A stretch of DNA of 64,000 bases from an uncultured virus (IMG/VR IMGVR_UViG_3300011240_000038) (IMGVR_UViG_3300011240_000038), one strand, 5' to 3'. Positions 9,809-20,090 are shown, counted from the first letter of the stretch. Translations and numbers: made by a program. The notes: generated by a model from the sequence alone, not told the origin.

Positions 9809-10240
9809 GTGGAAAATATAAATTTAGAAAATGAACTAAAGAAGAATCAAGTTAATCCAAAGACTATAGATATTATGGTTTCTCTAGTAAAAGGGCCTGA
9901 TGATATGCAAATTGCTTCAATGGAAATATTTAAATTAAGAGAAGAGAAAGAAGCTCTTAAAGAAAGAATGAAAGTTATGGCAAGAGCAACTGTAATACTT
10001 AGAGATAGGATAGATGAATCTAATAAAAAAATTAAATTACTTGAAAGCGATAAGGATTTTAATCTAAATAATACATTCAGGTATTTGGAGAACATGCAAA
10101 GTTTTTTAGAGGAACTGGTTAGTTTAGATACTACAGAAAGTAATTTCATTGAGAAACTAAAAGATATTCAAAATAAGGCTTCATGGGTAGTTGGAACATT
10201 TAATTTAATGAGTGCAATTAGAGCTACGGAGGTAATTTAG
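9809..10240 (+). CDS. Hypothetical coiled-coil protein
   Basis: ORF with RBS in the early operon. Confidence 0.65.
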   Translation: MENINLENELKKNQVNPKTIDIMVSLVKGPDDMQIASMEIFKLREEKEALKERMKVMARATVILRDRIDESNKKIKLLESDKDFNLNNTFRYLENMQSFLEELVSLDTTESNFIEKLKDIQNKASWVVGTFNLMSAIRATEVI

Positions 10241-10273
10241 GCATGAATAATGCTGATATGGGAGGAATGAATT

Positions 10274-11065
10274 TTGGATAAGTTAACACCAATGGAATTT
10301 AAAAATCAAAGAATAATTACTACTAAAACATTGTCAGAAGAATATGGAACTAATGAACAAAACATAAGTAAAAACTTTACTAGAAATCAAGAGAGATTTG
10401 TTGAAGGTAAACATTATTTCAAGTTGGAAGGTGAGGAACTAAAAGAATTCAAGGGGTATGTACTAAATGACGAAAGCCTTAAATTTGTTTCAGTTCTGTA
10501 TCTATGGACAGAGAAGGGAGCAGCAAGGCATGCAAAAATTCTTGATACAGATGAAGCTTGGGAAGTATATGAAGAGCTAGAGGAAACCTATTTCAGAGTG
10601 AGAGAAAGCGTACAAGCCTTAAATACTTCACAGTTATCACCAGAGTTACAGATGTTTAATAAATTATTCCAAGCTATGGCATGTCAAGAGCTAGAGAATA
10701 AGAAAATAAAAGAAGATATAAAGGAAACTAAAGAAGAAATTCAAGGGATAAGAGACATAATAGAGATTAACCCATCAGCAGCGTGGAGAAAAGAAGTTAA
10801 TAGACTACTTAATGCTATAGGTAAAAAGATTAATAACTATAACTTACCTAAAAATGAAAGCTACAATGCTTTAAAAGATAGGGCAAAATGTAGACCTAAT
10901 GTATTGGTAGAAAATCTAAAGAAAAGAGCAATTAACAATGGCATGGCACCAAGTAAAGTATCACAACTCAATATGCTTGATGTACTAGAGAATGATCCAA
11001 GACTTAGAGAAATTTATGTAGCTATAGTGAAAGATATGGCTATAAAGCATGGAGTAAAAATGTAG
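10274..11065 (+). CDS. ORF6N-domain antirepressor-like protein
   Basis: RIITTKTLSEEYGT..NFTRN.ERFVEGKHYF, LYLWTEKGAARHAKIL.TD.AW. Confidence 0.88.
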   Translation: MDKLTPMEFKNQRIITTKTLSEEYGTNEQNISKNFTRNQERFVEGKHYFKLEGEELKEFKGYVLNDESLKFVSVLYLWTEKGAARHAKILDTDEAWEVYEELEETYFRVRESVQALNTSQLSPELQMFNKLFQAMACQELENKKIKEDIKETKEEIQGIRDIIEINPSAAWRKEVNRLLNAIGKKINNYNLPKNESYNALKDRAKCRPNVLVENLKKRAINNGMAPSKVSQLNMLDVLENDPRLREIYVAIVKDMAIKHGVKM

Positions 11066-11077
11066 GAGGGGTAAACC

Positions 11078-11359
11078 ATGAGTAAGATGATTAAAACAAC
11101 AGATGCTGATATGAGAATTAATACTACAACAATAGAAGTAGTAGAAATTAACGGGATTAGATTTGAACATGATGAACAACTTTGTGAAATACAAGTATAT
11201 GCAACTAATAGTGATTGCACAGAAAAGGACTTGGTAGACACTATAGAAGAGGACTTAGAAAACCCAGTAATAGGCTTTGAAGATTTGAAAAGAGTGGTTT
11301 TAAATTGGTATTTCAATAATGTTGAGATAGTTAAAGAAATAAATAAGGGGGATAAGTAA
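11078..11359 (+). CDS. Hypothetical protein
   Basis: GGAGGGG RBS; operonic. Confidence 0.65.
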   Translation: MSKMIKTTDADMRINTTTIEVVEINGIRFEHDEQLCEIQVYATNSDCTEKDLVDTIEEDLENPVIGFEDLKRVVLNWYFNNVEIVKEINKGDK

Positions 11360-12025
11360 ATGAAAATATCAATAACTTTAGATAGAACAGCAAAGATTTA
11401 TACAGACTTACCTGCAGGTAAAGCTAATCAACTATACAAGCAATTAGCAGAAATTCTTATAAGAAACATTGATGTAGAGACATGTAAAGTAACTGAGGGA
11501 TTAGATAAATTAATAGATAGGTTATCAATTAGTAGTAAAGAAAGTTTTGAAGAAAGATTTAAAAAAGTTGCAGAGGAAACTGGGAAAAGTATTGAGGAAG
11601 AGTCAATACCAATATCTAAACCAGAACCTTTAATAGTGAGTGCAGATACACCAGTGACACTAGATTCACCAGTCATTAGAGGTGAAACATACAAAGGTGG
11701 AGATGTTAAAAAGAATTTAGTAATGATTAAATGCGAAAAATGTGGACATGTTGCAACACCAACACTTTTTATGAAAAATAGGGAGTTAGCTTATAAAGAA
11801 CATTCATTAACATGTAGAGAATGTGGTGAAGAACTTCCTCAGATTAGAGAAATTAATCATGCTAAATATAATTGTCCTAACTGCAGTACCAATGCTAATT
11901 TTTACGTATCTAATGGACTTAAAGAAGTTACATGTAAAGAGTGTGGAAGCCCTATAGATTTAGTATGGCATGAAAAAAGAGGAATATATATGAGTGCAAA
12001 TTTATTAGAGAGAGGGGATAAATAA
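11360..12025 (+). CDS. Multi-zinc-ribbon hypothetical protein
   Basis: Four CxxC pairs in the C-terminal half. Confidence 0.7.
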   Translation: MKISITLDRTAKIYTDLPAGKANQLYKQLAEILIRNIDVETCKVTEGLDKLIDRLSISSKESFEERFKKVAEETGKSIEEESIPISKPEPLIVSADTPVTLDSPVIRGETYKGGDVKKNLVMIKCEKCGHVATPTLFMKNRELAYKEHSLTCRECGEELPQIREINHAKYNCPNCSTNANFYVSNGLKEVTCKECGSPIDLVWHEKRGIYMSANLLERGDK

Positions 12026-12289
12026 ATGAAATCAACAGGAATAGTTAGAAAGATAGATCCACTTGGAAGAATAGTATTACCAAAGGAGCTTAGAAATATT
12101 TTTGATATCCAGGAAGGGACTCCAATGGAAGTATATACAGATGGAGACAGTATAGTACTTAAGAAACATCAAATTAAGTGCGCATTATGCGGAAATGAAG
12201 AAAACTTAGAGGACTATATAGGAACTAAGATATGTGAAGCATGCCTTGAAGATATAAGAACTATGCCTAAGAGAAAGATACGAAAGTAG
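12026..12289 (+). CDS. abrB: AbrB/SpoVT-family transcriptional regulator
   Basis: MKSTGIVRKIDPLGRIVLPKELR, C-terminal CxxC pairs. Confidence 0.9.
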   Translation: MKSTGIVRKIDPLGRIVLPKELRNIFDIQEGTPMEVYTDGDSIVLKKHQIKCALCGNEENLEDYIGTKICEACLEDIRTMPKRKIRK

Positions 12290-12292
12290 GTA

Positions 12293-12508
12293 ATGAGGAT
12301 GGGAAGTATGCATAAAGAGTTTGAAGTTGGTGAAAAGATAACTCTTTTAATAAAAAAGGCAGATGGTAATGGTGATAGCCTTAGAGCTGCTAAGAAGAGA
12401 GGACAGATTGTAGGAATTACTAATAGGTTTATCGTTGTACAACACAAAGATTATAGAGAGTGTTATCTAAAAAGTGATTTTACAACAGGAAGATTGAAAG
12501 TAATTTAA
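12293..12508 (+). CDS. Hypothetical protein
   Basis: ORF in the operon. Confidence 0.55.
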   Translation: MRMGSMHKEFEVGEKITLLIKKADGNGDSLRAAKKRGQIVGITNRFIVVQHKDYRECYLKSDFTTGRLKVI

Positions 12509-12522
12509 AGGAGTGATGACGT

Positions 12523-12906
12523 ATCAACAAAGTAGTTTTAATAGGTCGTATGACTAAGGATCCAGAGCTAAAGTTTACTCCAGGCACAGGAACTGCAGTA
12601 GCAACATTTACAATGGCAGTAAACAGAAGATTTAAAAAGGAAGGTCAACCGGATGCAGATTTTATCCCTATAGTAGTATGGGGAAAACAAGCTGAAAGTA
12701 CTGTTAACTATATGAGTAAAGGTAAACTTTTAAGTGTAGCTGGAAGAATTGAAACCAGGTCCTATGAAGCTAAAGATGGTGGAAGAAGGTATGTTACTGA
12801 GGTTGTAGCTGATGAAGTAAGTTTCTTAGAATATGGGAATAAGAGTCAAGGACAGGGCAACTCTGATTATACCCCAGTAGATGATGGAGAGGATATGCCA
12901 TTCTAA
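12523..12906 (+). CDS. ssb: Single-stranded DNA-binding protein with an apparent ATC start
   Basis: (I)NKVVLIGRMTKDPELKFT...DDGEDMPF acidic tail; AAGGAG RBS precedes ATC at 12523. Confidence 0.9.
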   Translation: MNKVVLIGRMTKDPELKFTPGTGTAVATFTMAVNRRFKKEGQPDADFIPIVVWGKQAESTVNYMSKGKLLSVAGRIETRSYEAKDGGRRYVTEVVADEVSFLEYGNKSQGQGNSDYTPVDDGEDMPF

Positions 12907-12931
12907 ATATTAAAAGAAATTAGGTGATAAA

Positions 12932-13759
12932 TTGAAACTCAAAAGATTAAGCAATATAAAGTGGATAGGTGGAAAGCATGGCAAAGAAGAGCTTTATATA
13001 GATTTAATGCCTAAGCATGATATATTTTGTGATTGTTTCTTTGGATCCGGAGCAGTTCCAATTTATAAAGAGACAGTAAATCCATCAAAGTTAACCATCG
13101 TAAATGACATAAACGATAGACTTGTAAATTATATGATGGTGCTTAAAGAGTATCCGGAACAGCTATACAAAGAATGTTCAGCATTACCCTATAGTGAAAG
13201 TTTATATGAAAAGTGGAAATGGGAGCCATGGCCGGAGGATAATTTGGAATCAGCAGTTAGGTTCTATTACTTAATGAGGGTTTGCTTTGGAGGTGGAGGT
13301 CATAAATACCGAAATGGAATTGGACTATCTAAAACGCAAAATAAGGCCAAGCAATTAATAAGTGCAACAGAGCTTATACCTGGAATGGCTGAATTAATTA
13401 AAACATGGAATATATTAAGTCGAGATTTTGAAGAAGTAATAAAGTTCTATGATACAAAAGATACACTATTCTTTTTAGATCCACCATATCATGACCATGA
13501 AAATATGTACTTTGGAGGATTTGAAGAGCAGGACCATATTAGGTTAAAAGAAAGACTAGATAAAATAAAAGGAAAAGCTATGGTTTGTTATTACAGTAGT
13601 CCACTAATTGATGATTTATACAAGGATTGGTATGTAGTTAAGTATAGTACGGCCAGTCAAATTAAAAATAGAGCTGCAGGTGATAAGATGCCAGTTAGAA
13701 ATGAATTAATTTTAATGAACTATGAACCAATAATTGAAGAACAATTAAAGATATTTTAG
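12932..13759 (+). CDS. DNA adenine methyltransferase (D12/Dam class)
   Basis: WIGGK, DCFFGSGAV, VNDIN, FLDPPY. Confidence 0.92.
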   Translation: MKLKRLSNIKWIGGKHGKEELYIDLMPKHDIFCDCFFGSGAVPIYKETVNPSKLTIVNDINDRLVNYMMVLKEYPEQLYKECSALPYSESLYEKWKWEPWPEDNLESAVRFYYLMRVCFGGGGHKYRNGIGLSKTQNKAKQLISATELIPGMAELIKTWNILSRDFEEVIKFYDTKDTLFFLDPPYHDHENMYFGGFEEQDHIRLKERLDKIKGKAMVCYYSSPLIDDLYKDWYVVKYSTASQIKNRAAGDKMPVRNELILMNYEPIIEEQLKIF

Positions 13760-13808
13760 ATGTTTGAGTTAGTTAATTTATTTTAAATAAATATTAAGGA
13801 GGATACGC

Positions 13809-14231
13809 ATGGATAAAATGATTAATTTAGAAACCTTTGCTAATGGAGCATTAGCAGAAAGAATGAACCAAGGTTTGAAGGAGGTGTTAGAAAATATAGC
13901 TGATAAGAATACAGATAGTAAACCTAAAAGAAAATTAACTTTAGACATGACATTTAGTACAGATGAAGAAAGAGAACTTACAGAAGTAACAATAACTGCA
14001 AAGGCAAAGTTAGCGCCTAGAAGTGCAATAGCAACTAAGATAATTATTGATAAGGACCTTAATGGAGAAGTTCTAGGAACTGAGTTCAAGAAACAAGTTA
14101 AGGGACAAACTTACATGAAGGTTGACAATGAAACAGGAGAAGTATTCATGGGTGGAACAGATGAAGCACCAAAAGAAGTAGCAAGTGAAAGTAATGAAAA
14201 TGAATTAGCAGGCTTACAAATAGTAAAATAA
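13809..14231 (+). CDS. Conserved phage protein
   Basis: FANGALAERMNQ...NIAD.NT..KRK; typical Firmicute phage gene pair with the next ORF. Confidence 0.7.
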   Translation: MDKMINLETFANGALAERMNQGLKEVLENIADKNTDSKPKRKLTLDMTFSTDEERELTEVTITAKAKLAPRSAIATKIIIDKDLNGEVLGTEFKKQVKGQTYMKVDNETGEVFMGGTDEAPKEVASESNENELAGLQIVK

Positions 14232-14254
14232 ATAAATTTTAGGAGGAATAAAAG

Positions 14255-14977
14255 ATGATAAGTGAAGGATTAAAAGGAGCAATTGAACTATTAATTGAGG
14301 AAGGAGAAAAGAAGTATATCAAAGAGGAACTTCATGGAGCTACGTATACCAATAAGAATCTTACAAGAGTTGAGGAACCAATATCAAGAGCATTAGAAAC
14401 AACTACATTAACATCAATAGTAGACTACATTAAGGAGAATGTAGATAGTATTAAGGATGGCAACATAATAGTACATGTTATGAGCTATGACAAGGTAAGT
14501 ATTAAGAAAGAATTAAACTCAGACAAAAGAAGAGAATGTGTGATGGTAGCTGAAGCTTTAACACCTAGCATAGTGACAGATAGATTCATAGATCCAGAGA
14601 GATTTAATATTATGCTGCAAAGTTCATTTATAGAAAATGAAGATAGAAACAAGTTGTTAAAAGTAAGTGGAAATATAAAAGAAGAGAATGTTAAATCTGT
14701 AGGTGATGATGGAGTAAGCCAAAGTGCAGCTATCAAAGTAGGAGTAGCAAGTGTAGCAGAAGTAGTAATTCCTAACCCAGTTATATTAGCACCATTTAGA
14801 ACATTCCCAGAGATAAAGCAACCAGAGAGTAAGTTTATATTCAGAATGCAAACAGGTCCACAATGTGCACTTTATGAAGCAGATGGAGGAGCATGGAGAA
14901 ACGTTGCAATGGAAAGTATAAAAGAATATCTAAAGGCTAGATTAAAAGGCTTAAATAATGTAAAAGTAATATCTTAG
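14255..14977 (+). CDS. Conserved phage protein
   Basis: DDGVSQ, PNPV.LAPFRTFPEI.QPES.FIFR, EADGGAW. Confidence 0.75.
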   Translation: MISEGLKGAIELLIEEGEKKYIKEELHGATYTNKNLTRVEEPISRALETTTLTSIVDYIKENVDSIKDGNIIVHVMSYDKVSIKKELNSDKRRECVMVAEALTPSIVTDRFIDPERFNIMLQSSFIENEDRNKLLKVSGNIKEENVKSVGDDGVSQSAAIKVGVASVAEVVIPNPVILAPFRTFPEIKQPESKFIFRMQTGPQCALYEADGGAWRNVAMESIKEYLKARLKGLNNVKVIS

Positions 14978-15055
14978 TCTAGGAATAAGGTCATATGGGA
15001 GTACTGCTGCAAGGTGGTATTCTCATATGACAATCATATAATAATGGGGGGAAGT

Positions 15056-15367
15056 ATGGGAAAAGTAATGATAAATATACCATTGACAAAATATCTTAGT
15101 GAGTTAACGAGAGAATTTGGTGGAATAAGAAAATGTTATATCACTAAAACAAAAGGTGGCCAAGTATGGTTAAGTAGTGATGCTCCTGGTGACATATCTG
15201 AGGAGGACAACGGAAAATTTAAAAATGAAATTGATTTTAGTGACTCTGATTTTTATATGAGACTTCCAAAATATGTTCATGAACATTTTAATATTAAAAA
15301 TGGTGAAATAAGGTCTTTAGAAGAGATTATTAAAGATATTAAAAAGCTAGAAAATAAGAAAGATTAA
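15056..15367 (+). CDS. Hypothetical protein
   Basis: GGGGGG RBS. Confidence 0.6.
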   Translation: MGKVMINIPLTKYLSELTREFGGIRKCYITKTKGGQVWLSSDAPGDISEEDNGKFKNEIDFSDSDFYMRLPKYVHEHFNIKNGEIRSLEEIIKDIKKLENKKD

Positions 15368-15532
15368 TTTATAAATATTATGAGAGGGCAAAAGTGAATA
15401 TTAAAAGAAGTATAGTTATTGTTTGTATCATAATAATTTTATTAACTATCAGAGTTAAAAGAGATAACGGTAATATAATAATACAATTTGGAGTTTGGCA
15501 GTTAGTAAAAGAGTTTTTAAGGGAGTAATAAA

Positions 15533-15721
15533 ATGAGTTATATAAGAATAATTACTTTTGGTGAATTTGAAGAAATTGCTGATAAGTATAATTTAATATT
15601 TCCAGAAAAGGATTGGGAAATCAGTGATTCAACACTTGGAATTATTAAAGACAAAACTTTTTATGAAATAGAAATATCAAACAAAGTAAAAGAGATTTTA
15701 TTTCAAAATCTTAATTCGTAA
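15533..15721 (+). CDS. Hypothetical protein
   Basis: AAGGGAG RBS. Confidence 0.6.
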   Translation: MSYIRIITFGEFEEIADKYNLIFPEKDWEISDSTLGIIKDKTFYEIEISNKVKEILFQNLNS

Positions 15722-15740
15722 TTCAAGAAGAGGTAAAACA

Positions 15741-15917
15741 ATGAATAAATTTGAAAAAGTAGCGTTGCAGTGTGCTAAGGATGATATAAAAAAAGGAAAT
15801 GATTTTTCAACTTTAAAGAAGTCTAAAAGAAACTATGTTGCAATATTTAAGGAAAAACAATTTCCTTTTGATAAAGTGGTTGATTTTAAAAATTGGAATA
15901 AAAAACTTCGTTGGTAA
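15741..15917 (+). CDS. Hypothetical protein (58 aa)
   Basis: AGAGG RBS; MNKFEKVALQCAKDD... Confidence 0.55.
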   Translation: MNKFEKVALQCAKDDIKKGNDFSTLKKSKRNYVAIFKEKQFPFDKVVDFKNWNKKLRW

Positions 15918-15954
15918 CTGAGTGTAGATATTGTGATTTTGAGAGGAGTATAAA

Positions 15955-16218
15955 ATGAGTAATTTAAAAAAAGCAATTTATGTATTGCTATATGACCAGT
16001 TCGATATACCAGATATGGATGTAAATTGTGATGAAGAAACTTATATTGATTATGTCATAGATGCATTAATTCAAAAAAATGATAATACTTGTCCTTTTAA
16101 AAATTATAGTTGCGAGGGAGTATGCAGTAAAAGCATTGAAGAATGTAATCAGGGGATTTACATTGATTGTGGTAGAGATAAAGAGGAAGTGTGGAAAGAA
16201 TTTATAGAAATAGATTAA
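15955..16218 (+). CDS. Hypothetical Cys-rich acidic protein
   Basis: GAGGAG RBS. Confidence 0.6.
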   Translation: MSNLKKAIYVLLYDQFDIPDMDVNCDEETYIDYVIDALIQKNDNTCPFKNYSCEGVCSKSIEECNQGIYIDCGRDKEEVWKEFIEID

Positions 16219-16253
16219 TTCATAATTCAATTTTTAATCTAGGAGGAAGAATA

Positions 16254-16616
16254 ATGGAAAATAATAATATAGAAAATGGAATGAGAGTTTATTTTGATGG
16301 AGATAGCGAATGGTACGCTAGTCCTTGGGATATCGAAGAAACAAAGAAATGGGCAGTTAAAGAATATGGATATGGTGAGGATTTAGAGTTTGAAGAATGC
16401 GACTTGAATAATGATTGTATGTGGCTTACAACAAAAGAAGAAAAGTATATAAAAGCACTTGGAGATTATGATGAACAATGCAATGGTGGCATTGGAGATT
16501 TAAGAAAAAGCCGTAATGAGGAAGGAGCAGTTGATAGGTTAACAAGTTTTAGAGAAGTATTAAAAGAAAATGGATTTTCTAAACAACCTTATGAAATTGC
16601 TTCAACTAATTATTAA
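16254..16616 (+). CDS. Hypothetical acidic protein
   Basis: AGGAGG RBS. Confidence 0.65.
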   Translation: MENNNIENGMRVYFDGDSEWYASPWDIEETKKWAVKEYGYGEDLEFEECDLNNDCMWLTTKEEKYIKALGDYDEQCNGGIGDLRKSRNEEGAVDRLTSFREVLKENGFSKQPYEIASTNY

Positions 16617-16664
16617 TTCACAATTCAAATAGAGGTTGTAGGTATTGAGAAATAAGGTGATAGG

Positions 16665-17201
16665 ATGAATGTACTATATGAACAAAGCAAAATTAACAAT
16701 AAAGATCATGTGGAGACTCCAAGATGGGTGGTGGAAAATATATATGATCTAATAGATATAAAATCATTTAAAAATATATGGTTTCCATTTAACAACTACG
16801 ATAGTGAATTCAAATTAAAAGGTGATGAACTTAGGTTAAAATATAAGGCTACTCACATTTTTGACAATTTAGGAAATGATTTTTTTAAAACAGAACCACC
16901 AAAGGGATGTGAGTTACTTATAAGCAACCCACCTTTTAGCAACCAAAATGAAATTATATCTAGAAGTTTTGAACTTGTAGATAGCGGTAAAGTTAAATCA
17001 TTTGTTCTATTACTTCCTTTGGCAACTTTAGAAACGGAAACAAGAGCTAATATGTATGAGCAACACAGGGAAGGTCTTTCAATATTAATTTTTAAAAAAA
17101 GAATTAAATTTAAAGGATGCTCACAGGTCTTTAATAGAGGTTGTTGTTGGATATGCTACAACATTCCAGCATTGAAGAATAAAAAAATTAATTGGGTGTA
17201 A
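16665..17201 (+). CDS. Small phage N6-adenine methyltransferase-like protein
   Basis: ETPRWVV, IWFPF, DFF, ISNPPFS, LLLP motifs. Confidence 0.7.
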   Translation: MNVLYEQSKINNKDHVETPRWVVENIYDLIDIKSFKNIWFPFNNYDSEFKLKGDELRLKYKATHIFDNLGNDFFKTEPPKGCELLISNPPFSNQNEIISRSFELVDSGKVKSFVLLLPLATLETETRANMYEQHREGLSILIFKKRIKFKGCSQVFNRGCCWICYNIPALKNKKINWV

Positions 17202-17225
17202 GTAGTAATAGGACAACCCTATGTT

Positions 17226-17283
17226 CTTATGTAAATTGTTCTTTGAAAATTGAATAGTACGGTGTTGGGAAATATGCTATTAT
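17226..17283 (+). promoter_or_regulatory. Left cassette element 1: boxA-like sequence, anti-terminator arm, extended -10 promoter
   Basis: CTTATGTAAATTGTTCTTTGAAAATTGAATAGTACGGTGTT is 40/41 identical to 21396-21436; TGcTATTAT at 17275-17283. Confidence 0.7.
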
Positions 17284-17416
17284 ATGTATGTAGATAGAAA
17301 AATATATTGCATAATAGTATTAAATTATATTCGTTAAAGAGGAATTTGATATTGGGTAAAGTTCGCATTATGGAATGATGGAAAGTAAAATAAAAATATT
17401 TTGAGGGAGGTACAAA

Positions 17417-19399
17417 ATGAGTTTGACTGATGAACAAATAATACAGATATTAATTGATTATGTAAAAGATAGTAGATATAAACAAGCAGTTTTAATTGAT
17501 GGAGAATGGGGTTCGGGAAAAACTTTTTTTGTTGAAGAAAAATTGCAGAGCAGATTAAATGAGGAGCTTTCTGAGAATTCGATTTTCTATATTTCACTCT
17601 ATGGATTAGATAACTTTGCACAAATCATGGATGAAATTTATTCAATAGCATTTGAAGATTATTTTGACAAAAAGCTAGGAGATGGAAAAGGAGAAAAGCT
17701 AGGAAAAGGACTAAAATTTACATCTAAAATACTTTCGGTTGGGTTAAAGCATTTTAATATTGATTCTAAGGATTTACCGTCGTTATCTGATATTAAGCAA
17801 ATCAAAGACACTATAATTATTTTTGATGACCTTGAAAGATGTAACATTGATGTTAATCAATTACTCGGCTTTATCAATAATTTAGTTGAACACAACAATA
17901 TTAAAGTTATTCTTATAGCTAATCAAACTGAGATAGGGAGAATAGGAATTTCAAAAGATTTACCACAGAAATATTCAGTTGTGTTAGATTCTAGAATTCT
18001 TTTAGATGAAGTAAAAAATGATACGAAATATAACCAAAGTGAAAATCTTTTTAATGAAGTAAAAAATGATACGAAATATAACCAAAGCGAAGAGAAAGAA
18101 AACATCAGTAAAGAAAAGCTTATTTATCGAACTAAAAAACTTTTTTCTGATGACATTTCATATAAGGAAAGAAAAGAAAAGTTAATTGGACTTACGATAT
18201 ATTATCAAGCTGATTTTGTTGCTATTTATGAAGATATTGTAGAAAAGTATGTGGAAGATGAACAAACAAAAGAACAATTGAACAATTATAAGCAAGTTGT
18301 ATTAGAAATTTTCGAAAAAAATCAACATCATAATATTCGTACATTAATATTTGCATTAATGGCTTATGAAAGATTTTTTGTAATTCTCGATACGATTGAT
18401 TTTGAGCCTAAAAAGTATTTAAACGAACAGAAAGAAAAAGTTTTAGAATATACAATAGAATTGTCTATTCAAATTAAACAAGGAAAATCAGAATATTCAT
18501 GGGAAAGTACAGAGGATCAAACAGGAAATATTTATTGGCGTGAGGGTAACTTTGTAAAAAGTATATTTGCATATAAATTTGTAGATACTTATCTCGTACA
18601 TCATTATTGGGATTCAGATGAAATTAAAAAAATTATAAAATCAATTATGGAGGAAGAGAAAGAAAAAGATGATCATCTTATTACGGAAAAATCATTAGGA
18701 TACAATAAATTATATTCCTGGTGGGAATTAGAAGATGAAGAAATAATTCAAGTTCTTTCACAAATTAAAGATGAACTTGCTACGAGAAAATACAATCCTC
18801 GTTATTTTAAAGATATGATAGTTAGATTTATTCAAATCAAATATGCCGAATTCGATGAAATGAAATATGATGAACATATTTCATTAATGAAAAGTAATTT
18901 GGAAGAATACACTGATACTTTTGAAAAGCGCTATCTTGAAATATTAAGTAGTGATTCAGAATTTTTAAATAAATACAATGATTTGGTAAAACCTCTATTT
19001 AATGTAATTGATAGAAAAGAAAAAGAGAGTAAAGAAAAACTCAACTGTTTTCTTAATGATGTAAAAGAATGGGATGATGAGTTTGTTAGTAAGTGTAGAG
19101 ATAACAGATCAACTTATATAATGGATAAAAAGTTTTTCTTTTATATGGATATTGATAATGTTATAAAAAAATTAAAGACATCCCATGTAAAAGGGATATA
19201 CTTTTTTATAAACGGAATAAATGAAGTGTATAGTTTTTCAAATTTGGAGGAGTTTTTTAAGGCTGATATTTCTAATATACAAAATTTAATAGATAAAATG
19301 GATATAGAAGAATTAAGTAAAAGCAAGCGTACTCGGAAAAAAGCACTCATTGCGTTACAAGAAAAACTACAACAATCATTGAAGCTTATTAAAAGGTAA
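17417..19399 (+). CDS. KAP-family P-loop NTPase (moron, likely anti-phage/exclusion)
   Basis: LIDGEWGSGKTFF, YISLYG, IIIFDDLERC, EKLIG, NIRT motifs. Confidence 0.85.
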   Translation: MSLTDEQIIQILIDYVKDSRYKQAVLIDGEWGSGKTFFVEEKLQSRLNEELSENSIFYISLYGLDNFAQIMDEIYSIAFEDYFDKKLGDGKGEKLGKGLKFTSKILSVGLKHFNIDSKDLPSLSDIKQIKDTIIIFDDLERCNIDVNQLLGFINNLVEHNNIKVILIANQTEIGRIGISKDLPQKYSVVLDSRILLDEVKNDTKYNQSENLFNEVKNDTKYNQSEEKENISKEKLIYRTKKLFSDDISYKERKEKLIGLTIYYQADFVAIYEDIVEKYVEDEQTKEQLNNYKQVVLEIFEKNQHHNIRTLIFALMAYERFFVILDTIDFEPKKYLNEQKEKVLEYTIELSIQIKQGKSEYSWESTEDQTGNIYWREGNFVKSIFAYKFVDTYLVHHYWDSDEIKKIIKSIMEEEKEKDDHLITEKSLGYNKLYSWWELEDEEIIQVLSQIKDELATRKYNPRYFKDMIVRFIQIKYAEFDEMKYDEHISLMKSNLEEYTDTFEKRYLEILSSDSEFLNKYNDLVKPLFNVIDRKEKESKEKLNCFLNDVKEWDDEFVSKCRDNRSTYIMDKKFFFYMDIDNVIKKLKTSHVKGIYFFINGINEVYSFSNLEEFFKADISNIQNLIDKMDIEELSKSKRTRKKALIALQEKLQQSLKLIKR

Positions 19400-19449
19400 G
19401 GCTTTTAATATATTATGAAGTTAAAATAAAAAATTAAATTCAATCTAGT

Positions 19450-19490
19450 ACCGTACTATTCAGAAATGAATATGCGGTGTTTTTTTATTC
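19450..19490 (+). terminator. Right cassette element 1: intrinsic terminator
   Basis: ACCGTACTATTCA-GAAA-TGAATATGCGGT followed by GTTTTTTT. Confidence 0.8.
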
Positions 19491-19595
19491 GATTTTAATG
19501 AAATGAAGAAGGAAATAGGTTATGAAGTTAATAGATTTTTTAGAGAAATATATATTTACAAGTGATGAAAGAAAGAAGAAAAAGAAGGTGATTAA

Positions 19596-20090
19596 GTGAT
19601 TTTAGCAATAGATCCAGGGAACATTGAAAGTGGATATGCATTAATAAACAAAAATACCTTGAAACCTTTAGAAATAGGGAAAATAGCCAATGATGATTTA
19701 TTAAATAAATGTGGAAATGGTGATTTTGGAGAATGTAAGTATATTGCTATCGAAATGATTGCAAGTAATGGAATGCCAGTAGGAAAAACAGTGTTTGATA
19801 CATGCTTCTGGATAGGAAGATTTTATGACAGGCTGATTTATGAACTTGATATAGAACCAAAGCTTATTTATAGAGAAAATGAAAAGATAAATCTATGTGG
19901 AACTAAAAGAGCCAAGGACAGCAATATAATACAGGCCTTAGTAGATAGGTTTGCACCTTATACAAGTAATAAGGGTAAAGGTACTAAGAAAGAGCCAGGA
20001 TGGTTTTATGGATTTAAAAAGGATATATGGCAGGCATACGCTGTGGGTGTGACTTATTATGATATGTATTTGAAGGAGGAGATAAAATGA
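19596..20090 (+). CDS. RuvC-like Holliday junction resolvase
   Basis: ILAIDPG..ESG, IAIE, WIGRF, DIWQAYAVG. Confidence 0.75.
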   Translation: MILAIDPGNIESGYALINKNTLKPLEIGKIANDDLLNKCGNGDFGECKYIAIEMIASNGMPVGKTVFDTCFWIGRFYDRLIYELDIEPKLIYRENEKINLCGTKRAKDSNIIQALVDRFAPYTSNKGKGTKKEPGWFYGFKKDIWQAYAVGVTYYDMYLKEEIK

